The translations under genes and the position numbers were made by a program. Of a stretch of 64,000 bases of DNA, positions 1 through 10,570 are shown piece by piece; position 1 is the first letter of the stretch; each line of letters opens with the position of its first letter. Location of the stretch: positions 32,001 through 96,000 of the forward strand of contig CAVUQH010000003.1 of assembly GCA_963743525.1 (NCBI GenBank), given 5' to 3'. Source of the stretch: an uncultured delta proteobacterium. GTDB taxonomy: Bacteria; Myxococcota_A; Polyangia; Haliangiales; Haliangiaceae. A model generated the notes under the pieces. The model searched no databases, was not told the origin of the DNA, and saw nothing but the letters and a program-made list of their open reading frames with translations.

Positions 1-2
1 CG

Positions 3-515
3 GTGTCCGACGCGGCGCCGGCGACGACGGAGTGCGACACCGACGATGGCCTGGCCCACTGGGTGGCCGGGCAGCGCGGTACCGCGGTGGGCAAGCTCGA
101 CTGCGTGCAACGCGCCGCCGATTTTCCCGGCGTCATCCTGGTCGGCAGCTTCGCCAACGACCGCGGCTGCATGCCCGACCTGGTGATCCTCGACTGCAAG
201 CGGCGCGATGGTCCGCTGCCCGCCTCGCTGATCCTCAACCGCGCCGGCTGGGGCGGGGCGGACGCGGACCGGCGGGAGACGCTGGCCCTGCGCTACCTGC
301 GCCAGGTCGCCACCGTCTTCGACGGAACGATCGCCGACACCCCCGACCCGCCCAAGACCGAGACCAACGCCGACGGCCAGGTCACGGTCGAGGTCTGGAT
401 CGACCGGCCCGCCGGCATGCGCGCCGGCCGCGTCGCCGACCGCGTCCGCTACAGCTTCCGCTCCGACGGCCGGGTCACCAGCGAGACCATCGGCCACCTC
501 GACGAGCGGCGCTGA
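3..515 (+). CDS. hypothetical protein, probably 5'-truncated by the window edge
   Basis: Open frame with GC3-biased codons that ends abutting the convergent TonB-like gene; no recognisable motif. Confidence 0.6.
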   Translation: MSDAAPATTECDTDDGLAHWVAGQRGTAVGKLDCVQRAADFPGVILVGSFANDRGCMPDLVILDCKRRDGPLPASLILNRAGWGGADADRRETLALRYLRQVATVFDGTIADTPDPPKTETNADGQVTVEVWIDRPAGMRAGRVADRVRYSFRSDGRVTSETIGHLDERR

Positions 516-1160
516 TCACTTCAGGTTGTAGATGATCGTCAGCGCGCCGCAGGCCGCCACGGAGTGACTGTTCACCATCACCGGCTGGAAGCGAGCCCTC
601 CACAGCGCGACCAGCAACTCACCATCGTACGACGCATAGCCACTGGCGCGCAGAAGCTTCACTGACGACGGCTCTCCGCTGGTGTCAACGCAGAGCTTGA
701 CCGTCACCAGCAACCTGGCGGTTCCCTTGCTGCGCATCGACGCGATCACCTTCGCGTCGGGGACAACAGTCAGGTCACCCGAGACCAGCTGCAGCTGCGA
801 GCTCGGCACCAGCAGCGGCGCGGCCGGCGGCGGCGGTGGCGGCGGCGGCCCGTTCAGCGGGGATTCGACGACACCGCCTTCGACACCGCCCACGACGCCG
901 CCTTCGACGCCGCCTTCGACGCCACCTTCGACGCCACCTTCGACGCCGCCTTCGACGCCGCCTTCGACACCATCCTCACCCGGGGGCTCCACCGATTCCT
1001 TCGCCTGCGCCGGTTCCTCCGGCGGCGCCTGCTTTTCCACCGGCGCCGGCGGCGCCTCCGCGGCTGGTGGTGCCGGCCGAGCCGGCGGAGGCGCGCTGCC
1101 ACCACATCCGAGCAGCGCACAGCTGGTCAGAGCGACCACCAGGGCGATCTTCTGGTTCAT
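516..1160 (-). CDS. TonB C-terminal domain protein, predicted lipoprotein
   Basis: Signal peptide ending in lipobox LLGC, Pro-rich linker, GVEGG repeats, TonB_C-like end (VKLCVDTSG...SG...D...ARFQP). Confidence 0.75.
   Translation of the reverse strand: MNQKIALVVALTSCALLGCGGSAPPPARPAPPAAEAPPAPVEKQAPPEEPAQAKESVEPPGEDGVEGGVEGGVEGGVEGGVEGGVEGGVVGGVEGGVVESPLNGPPPPPPPPAAPLLVPSSQLQLVSGDLTVVPDAKVIASMRSKGTARLLVTVKLCVDTSGEPSSVKLLRASGYASYDGELLVALWRARFQPVMVNSHSVAACGALTIIYNLK
866..975 (-). repeat. 12-bp coding tandem repeat encoding (GVEG)n
   Basis: Repeated cttcgacgccgc/cttcgacgccac units. Confidence 0.9.
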
Positions 1161-1207
1161 GGACGGCGACGCTATCACGCGCCGTTGCCCGCGCGTATCA
1201 TCGGATC

Positions 1208-2221
1208 GTGCTCGCGCGGGACGTCGAGATTGCCGACATCGACGGTCGGCACTGGGACAACTGGCTGCGCCTGCTGGTGCCGCCGGGGGCGATCGACGAT
1301 CCGCGCTTCGCCATGGTCTGGATCGACGGCGACCAGGTGATCAAAGCCGTCGTGCGCGGGCAGGGCGCGCTGCCGCTCGACCAGGTGCCGTTCGCCGGCA
1401 CCTCGGACCAGGCGCTGGAGGCGCTGGCCGCCGAGCTCGGCGTCGGCGCGCTGGTGGTGTTCCAGCGCGGCGCGATCGAGTCACTGTTCGCCGGCATCGA
1501 CAGCCAGCTGCGCGCGGGCGACGACTACGTCGCCCAGGGATTGGTCATGCTGCGCGAGCTCAAGGCGCTGGCCGGCGAGGGGATCTGGAGCCACCCGCAC
1601 CTGCTGGAGATCGTACCGGCGCCGCCGTTCGAGGCGCTGCAGCGGACGTTCAATCTCCTGGTGCCCGACGGCAGCGCGATGGTCGCCTACGTCATCGAGG
1701 ACGATCGCTCCGACGTGCACGCCTCGATCATCGCGACCAAGGTCGACGGCCACGTCGATCAGGTGGCGACGCACAAGGCGCTGGAGGATGCGCTGCCGGG
1801 GACGCAGCTGGCGCGCGGCTGGCGGGGGCAGCACAAGCGGGTGCTCGAGCTGGTCGAGGAGCGGTTCGCCAAGCCCAGCGTGGCGGTGTTCATGGAGCGC
1901 GCCGCCTACTACCGGGTGTTGACCGGTCCGACCGATACGCTCACCCGCGAGATTCGAGCCCGGCACATCGTCATCGACCCGGCGCCCGCCTGGCTGCTCG
2001 GTCTGCTCGGCGGCGCCACCGTGGCCGCCATGGCCACCCGCAGCGCCCGGGCGATGGCCAGCCTGTTGCCACAGTCGGCCAGGCAAATGGCCAGCAACCT
2101 GGCCAAACAGGCCCGCGACGCCGCCCAGTCTTCGTCGGTCAACCCGTGGTCCCTGCTCGGCTTCGATCCGATCGAGCTGTGGCTGCGCCTGCGCCACCTG
2201 TATCGCCCGGCGAAACCGTAG
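1208..2221 (+). CDS. hypothetical protein (337 aa)
   Basis: Globular-looking frame (MLARDVEIADIDGRHWDNW...) with typical codon bias; TATCAT lies 6 nt before the GTG at 1208. Confidence 0.8.
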   Translation: MLARDVEIADIDGRHWDNWLRLLVPPGAIDDPRFAMVWIDGDQVIKAVVRGQGALPLDQVPFAGTSDQALEALAAELGVGALVVFQRGAIESLFAGIDSQLRAGDDYVAQGLVMLRELKALAGEGIWSHPHLLEIVPAPPFEALQRTFNLLVPDGSAMVAYVIEDDRSDVHASIIATKVDGHVDQVATHKALEDALPGTQLARGWRGQHKRVLELVEERFAKPSVAVFMERAAYYRVLTGPTDTLTREIRARHIVIDPAPAWLLGLLGGATVAAMATRSARAMASLLPQSARQMASNLAKQARDAAQSSSVNPWSLLGFDPIELWLRLRHLYRPAKP

Positions 2222-2312
2222 ACCGGGGGCACCCGCTCCAGTTGTGACCTGGCAGGTGTGGTCGGCGGTCTCCAGCAGCCGCCGAAACTGCGGGGATCCG
2301 TGCTGTTGCGCG

Positions 2313-2328
2313 GGGCACGCGGCTTGCT
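2313..2328 (+). promoter_or_regulatory. sigma54 -24/-12 promoter
   Basis: GGGCACGCGGCTTGCT matches TGGCACG-N4-TTGCW (GG-N10-GC); a GGAGG RBS follows at 2341. Confidence 0.7.
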
Positions 2329-2349
2329 GATGCCTCTGGCGGAGGGACC

Positions 2350-3339
2350 ATGTCGCACACCACCCGCTGGCTCACCATCTCCGCCGCGCTCGTCGCCACC
2401 ACCGTTGCCGGTCACCGGGCGGCCCGCGCGGCCGCCTGCGATTCCAACCTGATCATCGTCCTCGATCGCAGCTGCTCGATGAAGAAGGTCCCGGCGGGGG
2501 ATACCCGCAGCAAGTGGCAGATCGCCGAGGAGGCGATCGGCCAGCTGACCACCACCTACGACGGCCAGCTGCGCTACGGGCTGATCATGTTCCCCGACGA
2601 GGGCGGCGCCAACTGCGTGCAGGACCAGTCGATCTACGTCAACACCGGAACCGGCAACGAGCAGGCGGTGCGCGACGCCATCGCCGGCACCGCCCCCGAC
2701 GGCCCGTGCGTGACCAACATCGACACCGCGATGGAGCAGGTGTCGTCGGACCCGGCGTTCGACGGCACCCCCGATCCCAGCGGCCGGCGCGGCTTCGTCC
2801 TGCTCATCACCGACGGCAAGCAGTCCGGCTCGTGCGGCGGCAACACCAACGATCCGATCACCGTGGCCAACATCGAGGCGCTGTACAACGCCGGCTATCC
2901 GACCTACGTGGTCGGCTTCGGCGACGGCGTCGACCCCGCCGACCTCGACTCGTTCGCCGTGGCCGGCGGGGTTCCGCGCATGGGCACGCCGATGTACTAC
3001 CAGGCCGACAACGCCGCCGAGCTGGATGCGGCCCTCGACGCCATCGCCGGCAGCATCGTCGGCGACCCGGAGCTGGGCGGCTGCACCGGCACGCCGTGCC
3101 CGGACGGGCGCTGCTTCGGCAGCGGCGAGACCTGCGTCGACAGCGTCTGCGTCGTGCCCTTCACCGACGCCGGTCCCCAGCCCGACGCCGGCAGCGGCCA
3201 GGACGGTGACGGCGGCATGGGCGGCGGCGGCGCCACCGGCGACATGGCCGGCGGCTGCTGCGGCACCGGCCAGGGCGGCGCGCCCGCCTCGCTGCTGCTG
3301 ATCGGCCTGGTCGCCGCGTTCCTCCGCCGCCGCCGCTGA
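2350..3339 (+). CDS. secreted VWA-domain protein with MYXO-CTERM-like sorting tail
   Basis: Signal peptide; MIDAS DRSCS...T...LITDG; Cys-rich module; GGCC followed by hydrophobic helix and RRRR. Confidence 0.85.
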   Translation: MSHTTRWLTISAALVATTVAGHRAARAAACDSNLIIVLDRSCSMKKVPAGDTRSKWQIAEEAIGQLTTTYDGQLRYGLIMFPDEGGANCVQDQSIYVNTGTGNEQAVRDAIAGTAPDGPCVTNIDTAMEQVSSDPAFDGTPDPSGRRGFVLLITDGKQSGSCGGNTNDPITVANIEALYNAGYPTYVVGFGDGVDPADLDSFAVAGGVPRMGTPMYYQADNAAELDAALDAIAGSIVGDPELGGCTGTPCPDGRCFGSGETCVDSVCVVPFTDAGPQPDAGSGQDGDGGMGGGGATGDMAGGCCGTGQGGAPASLLLIGLVAAFLRRRR

Positions 3340-3533
3340 GGCCGCTGTCAACCTGCCGGCCCCGTGTGCTTAGATGCGGCGCGTGTCCACGGTACTGCGC
3401 CTCGCCCTCATCGCTTCGCTAACGTCGCATCGGTGAGCCCGAGGTCGTGGGGCCGTACGGACTGATCACCGCGTCGGCGACGTTTGGCTTCGTCACCGCG
3501 ATCGCCGCCGCGTCCCTATAGTACGATCGCGGC

Positions 3534-4508
3534 GTGGGGCCGCAGGTCAGCATCGTCATCCCCTGCTTCGACGAAGCAGAGAGCGTGGGCGAGTTGGTCG
3601 CGGCGCTGGACCGCACCGTCGGCGAGCTGGAGAAGAACGAGCGCACCGTCGAGGTGATCGCGGTCGACGATGGCTCGGCCGACGACACCTTCGCGCAGCT
3701 GCAGAAGGCGGCGGCCGAGCGGCCGTGGCTGCGGGTGATCCAGCTGCGCCGCAACTACGGCCAGACCGCGGCGCTGTCGGCCGGGTTCGACGCCGCCCGC
3801 GGCGACTACGTGGTGCCGATGGACGCCGACCTGCAGAACGATCCGGCCGACATTCCGGCGATGCTGGCGCGCCTCGAAGAAGGCCACGATGTCGTCTGCG
3901 GCTGGCGGCGCAAGCGCAAGGACCCGCTGTTTCGCCGCCGCGTGCCGTCGCGGGTCGCCAACTGGGTGATCGGCCGGGTGTCCGGCCTGCGCCTGCACGA
4001 CTACGGCTGTACGCTCAAGGCGTTCCGCGCCGAGTATCTCGAAGGCGTGCACCTGTACGGCGAGATGCACCGCTTCCTGCCCATCTACGCCAAGTGGGAA
4101 GGCGCGCGGATCACCGAGATGGAGGTCCGCCACCACCCGCGCCGGCACGGCAAATCGAAGTACGGCCTCGAGCGGTCGATCAAGGTGCTGCTCGATCTGA
4201 TCACGGTGAAGCTGCTCGGCGACTACTCGACCAAGCCGCTGTACATGTTCGGCCGGCCGGGGCTGCTGCTGTGTCTGCTGGGCGTGTTGTGTGCGGCGAC
4301 GTCGGTGGCCGAGAAGTGGATCATCGGCACCTGGATCCACAAGAACCCGCTGGCGCTCCTGGCGGTCATGCTGTTCATCGTCGGCATGCAGCTGATCGGC
4401 ATGGGTCTCCTGGCCGAGCTGCAGGTGCGCACCTACCACGAGTCCCAGGCCAAGCCGACCTACCGGATACGCGAACAGATCAACGCGCCCGGCGGCGCCG
4501 TTGACTAG
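3534..4508 (+). CDS. GT2 glycosyltransferase (ArnC/polyprenyl-phosphate glycosyltransferase-like)
   Basis: VSIVIPCFDE, VDDGS, RNYGQTAA, MDADLQNDP; two C-terminal TM helices. Confidence 0.92.
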   Translation: MGPQVSIVIPCFDEAESVGELVAALDRTVGELEKNERTVEVIAVDDGSADDTFAQLQKAAAERPWLRVIQLRRNYGQTAALSAGFDAARGDYVVPMDADLQNDPADIPAMLARLEEGHDVVCGWRRKRKDPLFRRRVPSRVANWVIGRVSGLRLHDYGCTLKAFRAEYLEGVHLYGEMHRFLPIYAKWEGARITEMEVRHHPRRHGKSKYGLERSIKVLLDLITVKLLGDYSTKPLYMFGRPGLLLCLLGVLCAATSVAEKWIIGTWIHKNPLALLAVMLFIVGMQLIGMGLLAELQVRTYHESQAKPTYRIREQINAPGGAVD

Positions 4509-4510
4509 CC

Positions 4511-6451
4511 ATGTGCGGCATCGCCGGGATTCTGGCGCGCGCGGGTGAGCGGCCCGACGAGGCCGCGCTGCGGGCAATGACTGCGGCGCTGGTCCACCGT
4601 GGCCCCGACGGCGAAGGCTTCTTCGCCGTCGCGCCGATCGCCCTCGGTCACCGTCGGCTGGCGATCATCGACGTCGACGGTGGTGCCCAGCCGATGCACG
4701 CGGCCGGCGGCCGGGTGACCGGGGTGGTCAACGGCGAGATCTACAACTTCGCCGAGCTGCGCGCCCGGCTCGAAGCCCGCGGTCACCGGTTCGTCTCTCG
4801 CTCGGACTCCGAGGTCGTGGTCCACGGCTACGCCGAGTGGGGCGCAGAGCTGGTCGATCGGCTCGACGGCATGTTCGCGCTGGCGGTGTGGGACGCCGGC
4901 GACGGCACGCTGCTCCTGGCCCGCGATCGGATGGGCGAGAAGCCGCTCTACTACGCCGAGCGCGACGGTGCGCTGATCTTCGCCAGCGAGCTTCGCGCGC
5001 TGCTGCGCCATCCGGCGATCCATGTCGACGTCGACACCGATGCTCTGGCCCGCTACCTGGTCTACGACTACATACCGCCGCCGCGGTCGATCCTTCGCGG
5101 CGTGCACAAGCTGGCGGCCGGCGAGATGCTGATCGCCCGGCCGGGCGCGATCGGGGCACCGCGCCGATACTGGGAGCTGCCGCTGGCGCCGCAGCCGCCG
5201 GGCGGTCGTATCACCGAGCTGGCCGACGGCGCCGCCCAGCTGCGGGCCGCGCTCGAGCGCGCGGTCGCCTCGCGCATGGTCTCCGACGTGCCGTTGGGCG
5301 TGTTCCTGTCCGGCGGGCTCGACTCGTCGCTGGTCGCCGCGCTGGCGGCGCGGGCCCGCGGTGGCGACCTCGACACCTTTGCCATCGCCTTCGACGATCC
5401 GTCGTACGACGAGTCGGCCTGGTCCCGCCGTGTGGCCGGGCAGATCGGCTCGCGCCACCACGAGCACCGCGTGACCGCGGCCGAGCTGCTGGCGCTGATC
5501 CCGCGGCTGGGCAGTCTGCTCGACGAGCCGCTGGCCGACGGCTCGCTGGTGCCAACGCACCTGTTGGCCCGCTTCGCCCGCGAACGGGTGACCGTCGCTC
5601 TGGGCGGCGACGGCAGCGACGAGCTGTTCGGCGGCTACCCGACCTTCGTCGCCGAGTCGCTGACCGGCCGCGCCCTCGACCGCCTGCCCGGCCCGATTGC
5701 CGCCCTCCTGGCCCGCGCCGGGCGCGGCGTCGAGCGGCGGTTGCCGGCGACGACGGCCAACTTCGCGCCGGCGTTCATCGCCGCGCACTTCCTCCAGGGC
5801 ATCGGCGAGCACGGCGCACGGCGCCATCAGGCGTGGATGTCGGCGGCCGGAGCCGACGGCGTGGCCGCGCTGCTCGGTCCCGCCGCCGACGGCGCGGCAA
5901 CCGCCGACCTGCTCGACCACGCGGACGCGCTGGCCGACCATTCGGCGTCGCCCAACCGCTGGGATCGGCTGCTCGCCTTCTACGCCGGCGGCTACCTGGC
6001 CGACGACATGCTGCCCAAGATCGACCGGGCCAGCATGGCGGTATCGCTGGAGGTTCGCTCGCCGATGCTCGCGCGCGAGGTGGTCGACCTGGCCTGTCGC
6101 CTGGCGCCGTCGCTGCGCGTGCGCGGCCGCCAGACCAAGCGAGCCCTGCGCGCCGCCGCCCGCGGCCTGGTGCCCGACGAGGTGATCGATCGAGCCAAGC
6201 ACGGCTTCGCCATGCCGATCGCCGGCTGGCTGCGCGGCCCGCTGGCCGACTTCGCCCGCGACACCCTGGCGCCCGCGCGCCTCGAGGCCGACGGGCTGAT
6301 CGACGGCCGCGCCGCCGCCCGCGCCGTCGACGATCACGTCGCCGGACGCCGCGACCACCGCAAGCTGATCTGGTCGCTGCTGGCCTTCCAGTGCTGGCTC
6401 GACGCCGCTCGCGATCAGGGCAGCGCGGTGCAGCTGGCGGCTTCGATCTGA
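4511..6451 (+). CDS. asnB: asparagine synthase (glutamine-hydrolysing) family amidotransferase
   Basis: MCGIAG, HRGPD, NGEIYN, RDRMGEKPLYY, LSGGLDSS, GDGSDELFGGY. Confidence 0.93.
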   Translation: MCGIAGILARAGERPDEAALRAMTAALVHRGPDGEGFFAVAPIALGHRRLAIIDVDGGAQPMHAAGGRVTGVVNGEIYNFAELRARLEARGHRFVSRSDSEVVVHGYAEWGAELVDRLDGMFALAVWDAGDGTLLLARDRMGEKPLYYAERDGALIFASELRALLRHPAIHVDVDTDALARYLVYDYIPPPRSILRGVHKLAAGEMLIARPGAIGAPRRYWELPLAPQPPGGRITELADGAAQLRAALERAVASRMVSDVPLGVFLSGGLDSSLVAALAARARGGDLDTFAIAFDDPSYDESAWSRRVAGQIGSRHHEHRVTAAELLALIPRLGSLLDEPLADGSLVPTHLLARFARERVTVALGGDGSDELFGGYPTFVAESLTGRALDRLPGPIAALLARAGRGVERRLPATTANFAPAFIAAHFLQGIGEHGARRHQAWMSAAGADGVAALLGPAADGAATADLLDHADALADHSASPNRWDRLLAFYAGGYLADDMLPKIDRASMAVSLEVRSPMLAREVVDLACRLAPSLRVRGRQTKRALRAAARGLVPDEVIDRAKHGFAMPIAGWLRGPLADFARDTLAPARLEADGLIDGRAAARAVDDHVAGRRDHRKLIWSLLAFQCWLDAARDQGSAVQLAASI

Positions 6452-6984
6452 TAGCCGCTGCCGCAGGCGCTGCAGCTGACCGCGCCACCGCCGCCGGGCA
6501 GGCGCTCGCCGCAGCTGCACATCCAGCCGATGCGCCGGGCGGGCACGCCGACGACCAGGGCAAAGTCGGGGACGTCGCGCGAGACCACGGCGCCGGCGCC
6601 GACGAACGCCCAGCGACCGATGGTCACGCCGCAGACGATGGTCGCGTTGGCACCGATGCTGGCGCCGCGCTGGACCCGCGTCGGCCGGTACTCGTCCTTG
6701 CGGCTGACTTCCGAGCGCGGGTTGATGACGTTGGTGAACACGCACGACGGTCCGCAGAAGACCGCGTCTTCCAGCGTGACGCCGTCGTAGATCGACACGT
6801 TGTTCTGCACCCTGACGCCGTCGCCGATGGTCACGTTGGCGACGTAGCAGCCCTGGCCGATGACGCAGTCGTTGCCGATGCTCGCGCCACTCATGACGTG
6901 GGTGAAGTGCCAGATCTTGGTTCGCTCGCCGACGACGGCGCCGGCGTCAACCTCGGCGGTGGGATGAACGTAGTGCTCGGCCAT
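6415..6984 (-). CDS. hexapeptide-repeat sugar N-acetyltransferase (WbpD-like) with C-terminal Cys motif
   Basis: Left-handed beta-helix repeats, IWHFTHV, FTNVINPRS, CSCG...CSACG. Confidence 0.88.
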   Translation of the reverse strand: MAEHYVHPTAEVDAGAVVGERTKIWHFTHVMSGASIGNDCVIGQGCYVANVTIGDGVRVQNNVSIYDGVTLEDAVFCGPSCVFTNVINPRSEVSRKDEYRPTRVQRGASIGANATIVCGVTIGRWAFVGAGAVVSRDVPDFALVVGVPARRIGWMCSCGERLPGGGGAVSCSACGSGYQIEAASCTALP

Positions 6985-7037
6985 GCTGCCCCCGCGCGGC
7001 CGGCATGTCGCCGCGCGGTGCTAGGATGGCCCGGACC

Positions 7038-7896
7038 ATGCCCAAGCGTCCACCTCGCGTTGCCGTCGAGCTGACGGCGCCGCCGGATCTGGCCGGCGAG
7101 CCGTCGCCGCCGCGCGTCGCCTGGGAGAGCGATCTGGGCACGCTGTGGCACTCCGATGCCTTCGAGCTCCTGGCCGCGCAAGCCGACGGCTCGGTCGACC
7201 TGGTGGTCACCGATCCGCCGTACGCCATCGCCAAGGCCGAGTGGGATCAGTTCGAGTCGATCGACGCCTATGTCGACTGGTGCGACCGCTGGCTGACCGA
7301 GGTCGAGCGGGTGCTGGCGCCGGGCGGCTCGGCCTACGTCTGCGGCTTCTCCGAGATCCTCGCCGACGTCAAGGCGCGCTCGGCGCGGCGCTTTGCCGGC
7401 GGCTGCCGCTGGCTGATCTGGCACTACCGCAACAAGGCCAACCTCGGCTCGGACTGGGGCCGCTCGCACGAATCGGTGCTGCACCTGCGCAAGAAGGCGC
7501 GCGTGCGCCTCAACGTCAACGAGGTGCGGGTGCCGTACAACGACCACACCAAGCGCTACCCCGAGCGCCAGCAGGCGGTGTCGTCGCAGTACGGCGGCGG
7601 CGTCCGCCGCGACCGCTGGGAGCCGCATCCGCTGGGCGCCAAGCCGCGCGACGTCATCGAGATCCCGGTCTTGTGCAACGGCACCGCCGAGAAGACGCCG
7701 CACCCGACGCAGAAGCCGGAGGAGCTGATCCGCCGCTTCGTCGCCGGCACCTCGCAGCCGGGCGACCTGGTCCTGGACCCGTTCGCCGGCTCCGGAACCA
7801 CCGCGGTGATCGCCGAGCGCCTCGGCCGGCGATGGATCTGCGGCGATGCCGATGGTCGCTACCTCGGAGTCGCTCGCAGTCGCCTCGAAGACGAGC

Positions 7897-7910
<14 letters not shown>
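7038..7910 (+). CDS. N6-adenine/N4-cytosine DNA methyltransferase, beta class
   Basis: DPPY (motif IV) precedes HPTQKPE and LDPFAGSGTT (motif I); start could also be 7026. Confidence 0.9.
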
Positions 7911-9942
<2,032 letters not shown>

Positions 9943-10003
9943 AGGGTTGGCCACGCTAAGGGACCCCATCGCGACTGTCAATCGGTATGCTCTGGGGTGG
10001 AGA

Positions 10004-10570
10004 GTGTCCGCCGAGATCCGAGATCGCTATCAGCAGCTGCTAGCCGAGATCCGCGCCGAGATTCCCGGCTTTCGCGTGATCAAGAAATCGCAGTCGCCGC
10101 TGCACCGCGCGATCCACTCCGCGCTGATCGCGATCACTTTCGGCCGCATGCGCGGCTACCTCTCCGACTACCAGACGACCATCCGGAAGACCGTCTACGT
10201 CACCGACGACTGGGACGATCTCGATCCCGATCGGCGTTACGTGACCATGCGGCACGAGCGGATCCACCTGCGCCAGTTCCGCCGCTTCAGCACTCCGGTC
10301 ATGGCGGTCCTGTACCTTCTGGTGCCGCTGCCGATGGGCCTGTCCTACTTTCGCGCACATTTCGAAAAAGAGGCGTATGCCGAGAGTATTCGCTCCGCCG
10401 CCGAGGTCTGGGGCCGGGCCCACGTCGAGGATCGGTCGTTTCGAGATCGGCTGATCGGCCAGTTCACCGGCCCCGCATACGGATGGATGTGGCCATTTCG
10501 GCGAAATCTGGAGACTTGGTACGATTCGGTGTTAGCTACCCTGCAGATTAGCGTGGGGATGAACACGTAG
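10004..10570 (+). CDS. putative zincin-like metalloprotein (HExxH)
   Basis: RHERIHLRQ and a downstream FEKEAY; stop codon overlaps the Hsp70 start. Confidence 0.75.
   Translation: MSAEIRDRYQQLLAEIRAEIPGFRVIKKSQSPLHRAIHSALIAITFGRMRGYLSDYQTTIRKTVYVTDDWDDLDPDRRYVTMRHERIHLRQFRRFSTPVMAVLYLLVPLPMGLSYFRAHFEKEAYAESIRSAAEVWGRAHVEDRSFRDRLIGQFTGPAYGWMWPFRRNLETWYDSVLATLQISVGMNT

Noticed and set aside
3374..3521. Small membrane-peptide gene before the glycosyltransferase
   Set aside because: Hydrophobic fragments lie in different frames interrupted by stops; no supportable ORF
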